Shown one piece after another: positions 12,983 to 23,580 of a DNA stretch of 36,649 bases (within the stretch, counting starts at the first letter, position 1; each line of letters begins with the position of its first letter). The notes beneath the pieces were generated by a model, which was not told the origin of the DNA, ran no database searches, and was given only the letters and a program-made list of their open reading frames with translations. The stretch spans positions 1 through 36,649 of the forward strand of contig RBNJ01000209.1 in NCBI GenBank assembly GCA_003990765.1, given 5' to 3'. The position numbers were made by a program, and so were the translations under genes. This DNA is from Jimgerdemannia flammicorona. Its lineage: Eukaryota.

Positions 12983-14080
12983 ATGACCACCGAGATCTAC
13001 ACCCATATCTGTGCTGACATTTGGAATGCTATTGTCAACCGAGCTATACCCCCTCTGCCCCTCATAAATATCCATAGTCTAGCACCCCTCTACTTCATGG
13101 AAGCCCGATGGAATGCTCTGAACATACTTAGCGAGACCCACTGAATCGGACAAATCTCAAGCTACTACCAGATCGGCTGCCTCCTGGAAGATATAGTCGA
13201 ACACTACTACAATACAGACATTACTGAGATGTCTCAATACCAGAAACTCATCGCCTACAAACATCGAGAACTCTTCTATGAGTATAGCACTATTATTCCC
13301 CGCCTTCGAGTTATAACAGCTAAAATGGTTGCTACCCTATCCTATGGCCAAATCGATGACATGATACAAGAACTCAACCACAAGTACCTCGAGTACATCG
13401 AAACCACAGACAGAACCTTCCCACACCCTGATGACCACATCCTGCAAATGCCCCAAGTTGGATACTCCATGAAGGACATCTACGATATAATCCACTTCGA
13501 TGAAGATGAAGCAGAAGACAATGATCCCTCTGATGCCGATATGACCTCAAGCCAAGGATCCCTACCAACCCTGATCACACTGCCAACCTTGCCAATGAAC
13601 TTACAACAGTTCATAACTGCCTATGAGACTTATTGGGACAATGACCACTGGTACGAATACCAACCCGCATTCACCCCTGATTACTTCAACTACAATGAAG
13701 AGACTGGAGAACACAATCTGTACCTCTAGACAACCCTCGAAATTGAACCAACAACCCCACTACCTGAGTACGAATGACATGAACCACAACTGCCAGCATA
13801 CTATAACCCCACGACTCATAGTGCTGTAACCTACAGAAGGTACACAGATAGCGAATCCGATGAAAGCCAAGATGATGCACCCCTCCTTCACCCACCAACA
13901 CCTTATCCAGCATATGAGACAGACGATGCTATCCTATGGGACAGAGATGAAGTTCCAATGTATTATTACCTCAGCCAACAAGGAGAAGTAATCTGTGAAC
14001 CACTTTTCCTAGATGACTACTTTATCAGAGATGAAGCAATCGATAGTGATGTCATCAAAGACTACCCAGACAGTGCCTAA
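12983..14080 (+). pseudogene. ORF inside element B, ~365 aa; helical domain plus acidic Pro/Tyr-rich tail
   Basis: Single frame from ATG 12983 to TAA 14080, with stops at 13142, 13727 and ~13775. Includes listed ORF 13229-13729. Confidence 0.75.
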
Positions 14081-14413
14081 ACCATAAATAGCCTAGCAGT
14101 CATAGTATAGTTAGATTAGCTCTGTATGACATGACTGTGAACTGACTCAGCAGTCAGACAATCTCTCGACATGTCAGATCACACTTGTACTACATGACTG
14201 CATTCCGACTCAGCAAGGCACTTAGTGCTATATCCATATTCAGTATAGTCCAGATAGCCCCTCACTAGTATAAATACCCCCTCCCCCAGACCTCAGAATC
14301 TCAGACTCGAATACACAAGAACATTCCTGAATACTTCCACACAATATCTCTTCACACAACTACTCCTAGTATAGCAATATCATGAATAGCAAATAAACCA
14401 TTCAAAAACAGCT

Positions 14414-15596
14414 CCTTTCTCCGCTACCTTACCAGTCACAAGGTTTGGTAGGCAACCTTCCAAGTCTCCTTTCCCCTATTATTACCCCCTCTACCTCAGG
14501 TTGGTTTGCTGTGCCTGCAGGGGCATGGTGAGAGGAGGGCAATGGTGATGAGTTGCCCCTTTATCAGTGTTGGATCGGTGCTTCCTCCACTTTTTCGTGG
14601 ATTCTGGTGCTTTCAGCTACATCTGGGGTATACCTGTTTTGGTGCGGTGTGTTCTTCCTTTTGCCGTCGCCAACAAGGTGTTGTCTCGGTGTGTCTCAGG
14701 CTACATAGGGAGTCGGCTGACCTTGGGCGTCAAGTACTCAGTATAGGTTACCTGCAGGTCTTCGGTGCCTGTGGTGGAGCCCTCTGGCTTTGGCGAGCTT
14801 CCCGGCGAGCACGGTTCTGGCATAGGTGACTGCTTTTCAGGTGTTGTCAGGATGGGAGGGGAGATGGCTGTCACAGATAGGAGGAAGGGTGATTACGGTA
14901 AACCAGTAGGGTGCCAAGCTGGGGGCGGTCATCAGGGCTGGAACAGGTGCTGCTTCGGTGGGGCCTTTTGATTAGTGCGGCATGGTTAGGTGGTAGGTGT
15001 CACTAACAGCTTCTTTTGGCGGTCAGCAGGGTTGGGCCCCAGTCGTCAGGGGGGGTCAGGAGGCCCGAGGCTACCTATTTCAGGTGTCTTGGCTGCACTC
15101 AACTGGAACTGGGAGCTGATATGGCAATGTGATCGAGGCCCGCAGGCTTGAGTAGTGGGGTATTGGGGGTCTCCTCCTGCCTCATGTGTAAGTCCTTTAC
15201 TCACCTCGACTGGGAGAACCAGGCCCTACCCACTGTGTTGTACTTTGAGGAGGGTTTTTTCTTTGCCTATCATTCTCTTTAGAGTGGTAGGGGCTATTCT
15301 ATTCGGCTTGGGCGTGGCCTTGTACATACATTGGGTTCTCAGGCATGCGCTTTCGGTCGTTGGCATATGGTTGGATTTCCCCTGGTGGTAGGGAGAGCAT
15401 GGTGCGCAGAATGAGGTGCAGGCCTATAGGCCCTGCTGCGCCTGGCATGGTCGAGCTGCTGGACAATAGCTAGCCTAGGTTAATGGAGTGGCAGTGCTTG
15501 GTGGGTGGTGGGGGAGGGTTTTGGCCTATATAGTCTAGGTTCCCTTCCAATAAAATTCCGCGGGACATGAGTCCAAAAAAAAAAAAAAAAAAAAAA
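14414..15596 (+). mobile_element. R1 full-length copy 3, nested in element B
   Basis: Same 5' start as copy 1 and a 22-nt poly(A). Imperfect ~25-bp TSD AATAGCAAATAAACC(T)ATTCAA.AAC (14385-14409 / 15595-15620). Confidence 0.9.
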
Positions 15597-16988
15597 TAGC
15601 AAATAAACCTATTCAATAACCCACCATTCACTCTTAAGTAAATCTGCTCTCTGTTAGATCCTACTCCTAACCCTATTACAAATTTCCTAATTGGGTATTG
15701 TCTGCAGTGATACACCAATTCAACTAAGCTGATCTTAGTTTCTTGAACTTCTTGAAATACAGGAATTCTGAATATCTAGAACTAGTCCGAAAAAAGGACT
15801 TTGGTTGAGATGTCAACCTGATCTTGAAATAAATAAGCATAGAGGACGTACTCCATATAACATTGATCTTGACCATAAGAAAACAGTCTTTCAGAATATC
15901 TAGAACTTCCAGAAAACCCTTCTAGAACTATATAATAGTTACCTTAAAAAGCAACCCTCTTACACCCTGACCCCCCCAGATGACTAGGGCCCAACCCCAC
16001 GAATTACCAAAAGAAGCCAAGAGTGACACCTACCATCTAACCACATCGCACCAATCAAAAGACCCCACCAAAGCAGCACCTGCTACAGCCCTGATGACTG
16101 CTTCCAGTCTAGCACCCTACTGGTTCACCATTATCACCCTTCCTCCTATCTGTGATGGCCATCTCTCCTTCCAACCCGACAACACCCGAAAAGCAGTCAC
16201 CTATGCCAGAACCATGCTTGCCAGGAAGCTCACCAAAGCCAGAGGGCCCCACCACAGGCACCGAGGACCTACAGGTAACCTATACTAGGCACTTGATGCC
16301 CAAGGTCAGCCAACTCTCTATGTAGTCTGAGATATACTGAGACAACTCCTTGTTAGTAACGGCAAAAGGAAGAAGGCACCACACCAAAATGGGTACACTC
16401 CAGACATAGCTGAAGACACCAGAATCCATGAAAAAGTAGAGAAAGCACCAATCTGACACTAATAAAAGGGCAACTCATCACCATTGCTCTCCTCCCACCA
16501 TACCCCTATAGGCACAGCAAACCAACCTGAGATAGAGGGGGTAATATTAGGGGAAAGGGGACTCAGAAGGTCACCTACCAAACCTTGTGACCAGTAAGGT
16601 AGCGCGGAGAAAGGGTCGGCCAGGCAGATCATTGAAAATACTTTTTGCTCACCTAAACCAGTCACGTGATAGTGTGCCCAAGTGCGCCCAAATGATAATT
16701 AATAGGAAATCTGGTAGAAACAATTGCTAATTATTATATTCTCTCTCCAGAATATTATTGATAATGGTGTCATTCCGAAGAAGTCAAGATCGGACCGCGA
16801 AACAGCTCCCACCTAGGCTAATCTCTTCGACATCTTAGTAGAGATGGCGGAAACTAGATGGATGGTCTTGGTTAGGGTTGATAGGTGACAAATGACAGGT
16901 GAATGTCCAAATCAGGCTGATAGTAGGAATACTTAGATAAGGCCCGGAAGTCAAGGCAGAAGTAGAAAGAGATATGCACGGTAGCGAA

Positions 16989-17080
16989 GGGAGGGTTTTG
17001 GCCTATATAGTCTAGGTTCCCTTCCAATAAAATTCCGCGGGACATAGAGTCCGTTAAACAAAAAAAAAAAAAAAAAAAAA
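16989..17080 (+). mobile_element. R1 5'-truncated copy 4 (~92 bp)
   Basis: 3' end of R1 plus poly(A). Perfect 15-bp TSD ATGCACGGTAGCGAA (16974-16988 / 17081-17095). Confidence 0.92.
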
Positions 17081-17712
17081 ATGCACGGTAGCGAATGGCA
17101 TAATCCTTGAGAATTCTTAGAAGTTCCATGTGACTGTTTGCCGAAAAAGGCCCAAGGGGATAGCGCATTAAAGTCACATTTCGGGGACATGTGCTATGCA
17201 AAAAAAAAACAAATAGCCGTAAACAAAAGCAAGGTTTGTTTGTGGCTATCGTCTCGATAATTCGAGTCTTGCCTTTGGCTCTCACCCACCTTCCTTTTTT
17301 ATACTTCTCCTACACTGTTCGGGTTCTTACGAACTGACCTCACATGCAACGCATATGCCCAACAAATACTATCAAGGAGAGGTGCAGATATAATTTGGGT
17401 TTGTCGCATCCGAATTAAGGCGGTTGTGGAACATTCGTGCAGACACTGGCAAGCCAAAGAATGCGCGCTGAATCATTATATTTTATTCATCCGTACATTC
17501 CACCATCCTCTATGCTTGCGCGTCGTTCTTAAGAGATATGTATAAATATGAGGCCTCATGAAATGAATAGAGACAAGAACTCTGAGGAACCAACAAGAAC
17601 TACGTGAATTCGGAAGAATAACACGTGCAACCAAGCCAGAATCCATTATCAACCAACAGGTCGCCCTGTGATGCCTTACTTGAGGAATTCTCTAGCGATA
17701 GATCCGTCATTT

Positions 17713-18430
17713 TCAGTGACAAATTTCAGCTTCCACGTGCCGCACACCACACGCCGCACACCATAAAATTGGAGATTTGCCCCCGAGAGAGGCCAGGCCG
17801 TGGCTCGCATGTGCCCAAACAGAGAAAGGGCACGCCGTGGCCCGCATGCGCCCAATAAGCATCGCTGTATTGTGGTAGTACCATAGTGTGGCACAACGGT
17901 TATGAAAGATTGCGCCATGGCACCCCAAGACTGCATTGTTTGTGACACTTGTTTGGTCAAACACCACAAATCTTGAGGTTGCCATATGATCTGAGCTCAC
18001 TGCACGTGGACCATTGACGTCAAAACATTTAACGTTTGTGCATGTGCCGTACATATGGCGAATTATATGAGTGATATGTAGCTTTGCAAATTTTCGACAT
18101 GAATGGAACAAGTGCCGGGTCGCATCACCGCTCACGATTGATCTGAGTTGCCCTCGCTAATAAAAAGTTCGTTGATATTTGGATAGCGTGTTACGATGGC
18201 ATTGATAAAAACTTCACCCAGTCGATTTCCGACCATGTATTTCGGAATGTGATGGAAACACTTTCCAGCGACTTTGAAAGCCCCGCCATGTTGGGACATT
18301 GTAGATGCCGCCATTGCAAACGCCATGAATGTCGCATTGGGTCAGACTGTCTGTCAAAGCTGCAAAAAGCGCAGCAAATATCGGTGTATGCGAACTTACA
18401 TGAAACAAATTTATATATGGATATCTTCAA
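17713..18430 (-). pseudogene. Possible frameshifted leucine-rich-repeat (F-box/RNI-like) gene relic
   Basis: Fragments in different frames resemble LRR units: CPNMAGLSKSLESVSITF, FINAIVTRYPNINELFIS, LFHSCRKFAKLHI, TCTNVKCFDV. No continuous frame was found. Confidence 0.3.
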
Positions 18431-18903
18431 AATTGGAAGTATCGCCTCACGTATGCTTAACCTTGTGTGCTTCGACCAACCACTTCAGTGTTTTATGCAT
18501 GATGACTTTTCAATGAATACGCGTCGCGTATTGTATCCTCCACCGAACATGTATGTATTTTAGTGCGAGCTGTGAACTAGCTGTTAAGCTTAACCATTAT
18601 ACTCTCTGCGGCTTTCAGGAACTTTTAGCGGTCACTATACTGTTAAATGTTTACTTTTCGACTATCAATTTATTGTTCAAGATGGCGGTATTTAAACCAA
18701 ATGACAAGACGACAACATTGACTAATCTAGTACCAAGTAAAGAATAAAATAAGTAAGGTGGGTGTAATCATAAGATGGACGCAGGTTGTACACATAATTG
18801 GATAACATTCTTAACAAATAAAGCACGCGAGCTATTTCGGACGTCTGGAAGCTGCTGGCTTCTTAAAGGAGCAAATGGATGGTATAGCTGCTAGTATTAC
18901 GTT

Positions 18904-20235
18904 CTACGTTTCCTCGCTGGAGACTGCCGGTTTTGGAGCATTAATATCATTCAACAATCCCTTGTCGAGATAAAACTGTGCTAACACCCGCTCGAGTTTG
19001 CGAAGACGCAGTCGAAGATCAGCCACATCTCCAGAATCGGTGATGTCGCCAGCCAGCAGATTCCCACTCGTGTCCATCGTGTCGTTTAATCTTTGCTCCA
19101 GCCAAGGTGTGAGGTTTTTACGGACGATTAGCAGATACTTTGGCACGATACCCCTGCATGTGGGGAGAAGTACATACAAGGATTAATTCCAGATATAAAG
19201 TATAAAACATAACAGAACGTCGCTCCGTGAGAATTATGCTCATTAACACGCTGCAATAGAAACAAATCTTACCAAGGGTTAATCGCTTTCATCCCAAATA
19301 AAATCACGAAAATCGACGAGACAACACTGTACAGACCACCGACGAGCCCAACAATGTCTCCAATTGATAAGATGTAGTGCTCAATGAGCACGTCAACGTT
19401 GCTGGTCTCAATCTGGATAATGAGCATCATCGATTGCTGATACAGGCCAGGTATAGTATATGCTTGCTTCTGGTATTCATAGTACATTGGGCCATCCACC
19501 GGATAGATTATTTTGTATTTCAACTGAACTTTGAGCATCTCCCCAGGCCGCACGATCGGACCGTCGTCGGATAAATTCGGCCTCTCCAAGAAATCATATG
19601 GCTTAGACGTTTCCGAGATCGCCAATCGCATTTGTGCCATATTATCGACAGTAACGTTAGGGTCCACGTTAAACGATATCGCTAAGGCGAAATCTCCTGG
19701 ACATGGCATCTTAATTCGGGTCTTGTTAAAGATGCACGAAGAGTAGTCGGAGAGAGAGATAATATTTGGTTGCCATGTTTGAAAAGTGGTAATATTGACC
19801 CCTGCATAACCTCCATATTGAATGTCGAAAATACTACTGCAGAGAGGTTGCCGAAGGCCGTTCTTTGGACCATCCAATGCGCAGGTTATGTTTGGATTTG
19901 GAAAATTTTCAATAGTAACATCGAATGATGCTGTAGTGTAAAGCAAAAATATTAGTATTGTCATAGAAATATACATGATGACCAACCATGTTGGAGGGTT
20001 ACTTACGCGGGATGGGAAATGTAGCATTGTATGTCGGATCAGTATAAATATTCAACTGACTCGTGGCGAAATACGTAGCTCTCCTTTGATAAGTGACTAC
20101 GAGGATGCAGAAATATGAAATGACGCCACCAAGGCCGCAGATAGCCACTATCGCACGCAGCCAGCAGTACCATGGCGGTTCATTTCTTGTGTGTTTTCTG
20201 AAATTGGGTATGATGTCGAGCACATGTGAAAGCAT
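18904..20235 (-). CDS. Two-TM membrane protein with a large extracytoplasmic loop, 378 aa, 3 exons
   Basis: Exons 20235-20007, 19930-19273 and 19153-18904 (1137 nt, GT-AG introns, open frame). TM1 AIVAICGLGGVISYFCILVV; TM2 IVGLVGGLYSVVSSIFVILFG followed by INPWGIVPKY. Loop has Cys and N-glycosylation sequons. C-terminal LRLRKLERVLAQFYLD. Confidence 0.85.
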
Positions 20236-20394
20236 GGTGTAATGACTATCGGAGAGCAGATCATGTTTGCTCTTTAAATACAGTGTAATAATATGTTTTT
20301 TTACAGTAAAGCTCCACAAGATTCCGTTATTGTTGATGGTCGCATTTCACTTAACTTCATTATTTGTGCCAGTGTTAAATATAAGTGTCACCTG

Positions 20395-20519
20395 AGGTCG
20401 AGGGGGGAGGGTTGGGTCCACGGGGCATTGGCTGAGGGGGGGGGGGTAACAATGTATTTTTAGAACTATAGACTTCGGTAATAAAAGGCAGTCCAAGGGA
20501 CTATAAAAAAAAAAAAAAA
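20395..20519 (+). mobile_element. 5'-truncated poly(A) retro-insertion of a second family (R2)
   Basis: 18-bp TSD AAATATAAGTGTCACCTG (20377-20394 / 20520-20537), G-rich body, AATAAA, AGTCC-AAG-GGACT hairpin and poly(A). Confidence 0.85.
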
Positions 20520-21555
20520 AAATATAAGTGTCACCTGCCCCAGGCATTCACCGACCTACAATTAATGCACGAAACTGTAATAATATCCAAGTCGTCGGTT
20601 AGGGCTGCCAAAAAATTCACAACCGTCAGTGTCGATATGCCAACGAATACTAAAAACCTTCCGCTGTGGAATGTTTTCCTAAAATAGTTTTGAGCAATTT
20701 GCGCCTGCGAAAGAAAGGGATCACTGACACTCATTTATTTGGGGGGCCTTAGCACGTCATATTCGTATGCATTTATCAATATAAACTGGCATTTGCCCTG
20801 CTGATTTGCGTACATAATTACTAGGGAAACGGGAGCCATTGAGGGTCTGGAGATTGGCGGAGGCACGTGATAAAATCTATAACAATTTTTGCCAAAAGGG
20901 GCATGTCGATCACAAGGTTCCCAGGTTTTAAGATCAATAGGGGTTATTGAGATTGATTATCCTCCTCCGAGATCTAAGTGTGCGTCGCTTTGTTCTGGGC
21001 GATGATGCTCCTGTTTTACTTAGAACACTTTAGAATTCTCTAGGTATCATGCCACATAATTATTCAAAATTCATGTGGCAGTCCATTTTTGGTTAATCAA
21101 CTGATGGACGAAAATGCAACATAATTAATTAGAATATGACAGAGTGGCCCGAAACGATGTATGTGCCACCTGTCTTTTGTACGCACCGTTGAGCACGGTT
21201 GATACCAACAACCATTATGCTCATGGCAAATGATCGATTGTGGATCTCGTTTCTAAATACATATCTTCCCAAGTCCGAAGCACAACAGTCGATCAAACTG
21301 TATCCATGAGTTATGCTCTGCTCGACAAAACTAGAAATATTTATGCGGTGTGCTATTCTGGAAGCTAATAATACAAATACAAATAGTTTAATGGGTCCTT
21401 CTTTTTCAGGGAATTGCACACCCCCAAGCCTTAGAGATGAGTAAGTTGTCCATCCTGCATAGGAAGATAACCAAATTTTAAATTCATTAAATACCTATTG
21501 TTTAACGTTCAGGTTACTCTTCATTCTCCTTCCTGATTTCTTTCTACATCCCAAC

Positions 21556-22062
21556 ATGAACAAATCTACCTTCTCTTTCGCAGTCATTTGCATCATGGCC
21601 CTTGTATCAGCATCAAACCTCGCCACTGCTCAATTCATCGACTATGACTGCTGTAAGGACTTCGATAACACGTTTGAGCTTTGCGTCATTGCCATCGGCA
21701 ATGTCAGTGGCTCTATTATCCAAAATGAAGGTCAGATCCTCCGTTGTGTGTGCGCCCAGGGCCAATCCTCGTACCAAGCCTTATCTGACTGCAACAAATG
21801 CATTCCCGGCTCACGCAACTTGACCGTCAACGAAGTTGAAAAGGTCTGCATGAAATACTCCAGCGACAACGCACAGCTCCCCGACCCTGGCCCCCAAGGC
21901 ACTAGAGCAGTCTCTCTATTCCAGTCAGTCTTAACGCCCACCGGCACGTTGGCTGTCACCACTTGGGCTGGGCAAACTAAAGACAGCGGCGAGCGAGCGG
22001 TAGTACAAATTACGACCGTGGTTGGAATTCTCGTCACCTCAGTAGTTTTTATGTTGCTATAG
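21556..22062 (+). CDS. Small secreted Cys-rich protein with a probable GPI-anchor signal, 168 aa
   Basis: Signal peptide MNKSTFSFAVICIMALVSA, 8 Cys in the mature region (CC, C, CxC, CxxC, C), S/T/P linker and hydrophobic C-terminus VVQITTVVGILVTSVVFMLL. Intronless with normal CpG. Confidence 0.85.
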   Translation: MNKSTFSFAVICIMALVSASNLATAQFIDYDCCKDFDNTFELCVIAIGNVSGSIIQNEGQILRCVCAQGQSSYQALSDCNKCIPGSRNLTVNEVEKVCMKYSSDNAQLPDPGPQGTRAVSLFQSVLTPTGTLAVTTWAGQTKDSGERAVVQITTVVGILVTSVVFMLL

Positions 22063-22433
22063 ATTATTTGCCAAATTGCAAATTACGAGTTAGGAACCGT
22101 AAAGTGTCATCATTTGAAATCCCTGATTTTTAGCTTTATCATAACCTCCATGATTGGGGTCTTGGCCATGTCGTTTGGAAAAAAATAGCAATAAAGTGAC
22201 ATTAAACATAATCATGCTAAAGCTGCATACAGAATCGTCGGTCTTGCAACCAGTCATGATGTAGATATGGCGACTTCCCTCGCCTCAGGAAAGTATGTTC
22301 ACAACATAACGCATGTAGCAGAAACAACTTTGCCAATATGGCATAGGTTTCATCTCACCCATTTGTAGAAAATATTTAGTTTCTGACCTCTGACACATTT
22401 GCTGGTTTAAGCCACGTCACTTGGGAAATAGAG

Positions 22434-23038
22434 GCCTCATATTAATGACCCGACAGTTTGGTATGTTACTTTTCTTGAGCAACACAGTGTTTTTGGAAAA
22501 AGCCAGGTTGATTGCATATGTGGCTCATCTGGGGATTTCTGCTGGATCTCTGTTGCTCACGAAAAGTAGCATACCGAACTGTTGGGTTGTTGGGTCACCT
22601 GTGACATCATACCCAATGGCGAAATTAAATAATTCTATTTGATACACGCGCTTTTACGCGTTTTAGATACATGCTTTGGCACGTCCCTTTTGCTTAACAG
22701 TAACCATTATAGCCTCCTAAAACAAAGTTTGCACTTTCATAAAGATTCCAGTATGGTCAGATGAACTCCAATAGTAGATAGTTATATCAATCAAGAAGGA
22801 GAAAAAGATGTTCAGATAGTAGGTAGTTACATCACTCAAGAAGAAATGGAAGCCTCATATTGGTGACCTGACAGTTTGGTATGCTACTTTTCTTGAGCAA
22901 CACAGGGTTCTTGGAAAAAGCCAGGTTGACTTCATATGTAGCTTATCTAGGGATTTCTGCTGGATACCCTATTGTTTGCAAAAAGTAGCATACTGAGTTA
23001 TCAGGCCATGACATCATACCCAATGGCAAAATTAAATT
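22434..23038. repeat. Two ~190-bp units, each containing a ~150-bp hairpin (MITE-like inverted repeat)
   Basis: Units 22434-22630 and 22852-23038. Arms GACCCGACAGTTTGGTATGTTACTTTTCTTGAGCAACA / TGTTGCTCACGAAAAGTAGCATACCGAACTGTTGGGT. Confidence 0.75.
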
Positions 23039-23239
23039 AATGCTTGAAAATTTGATTTTGCCATTGGATATATAGATGTCAGATCTTAATCTTGCTGACA
23101 CAGTATATAAACCCATATTGTGATTCATGTATCAATGGGTGAACCAATAACTACAAAAACCATATAAAGCAACTTGGACTTGTCATCTTTTACTCCTCCA
23201 AAAACCCTCTTAGATATAATAAATGCTGCTTTTGTCTGA

Positions 23240-23580
23240 AGTTGTCTTGGTCTGTAACATTGAAACAATCTACCATCCTGTCCATCATGACATTATAACT
23301 GAACTGCAAGTACCTGGGTAGATAGAGACTATAAGCACATTTATCATCTTGGCTCATGATATTAAAACTATTTGCCATCCTGTATATCATGATGTTATAA
23401 CTGAACTGCAAGCACCTAAGGGACAGTAGGCATAATATAAGTACAGCTAGAATTGGCTTGTTGTCTTGGCCCATGATGTTAAAATGATCTGCCATCCTGT
23501 ACATCATGACATTATAACTGAACTGCAAGCACCTGAGTAGATAGGGATAGTGGGCACGATATAAGTATAGCTGGAATTTG
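23240..23580 (+). repeat. Three ~100-120-bp degenerate tandem units, probably decayed coding repeats
   Basis: CCATCCTGT.CATCATGACATTATAACTGAACTGCAAG.ACCT x3. The plus frame reads VVLAHDVKMICHPVHHDIITELQAPE. Confidence 0.7.

Larger units (their letters stand above)
12694..15964 (+). mobile_element. Large solo-LTR-like element family B (~2.06 kb after removing nested R1) carrying an internal ORF
   Basis: TGTAAG...CTTACA termini. 5-bp TSD CCCCA / CCCTG, both derivable from CCCCG, which is present at this site in uninterrupted copy 1. TATAAATA at 14269 and AATAAA at ~14392. Confidence 0.8.
12157..16614 (-). mobile_element. R1 full-length copy 2, split (12157-12693 + 15965-16614) by a nested insertion
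   Basis: Poly(T) at 12157 and 5' end at 16614. 15-bp TSD GCCAGGCAGATCATT (12144-12158 / 16619-16633). The two halves abut exactly when compared with copies 1 and 3. Confidence 0.9.

Noticed and set aside
20347..21419. Short ORFs between the two intact genes
   Set aside because: No recognisable motifs, and one runs through the poly(A) insertion. Likely intergenic.
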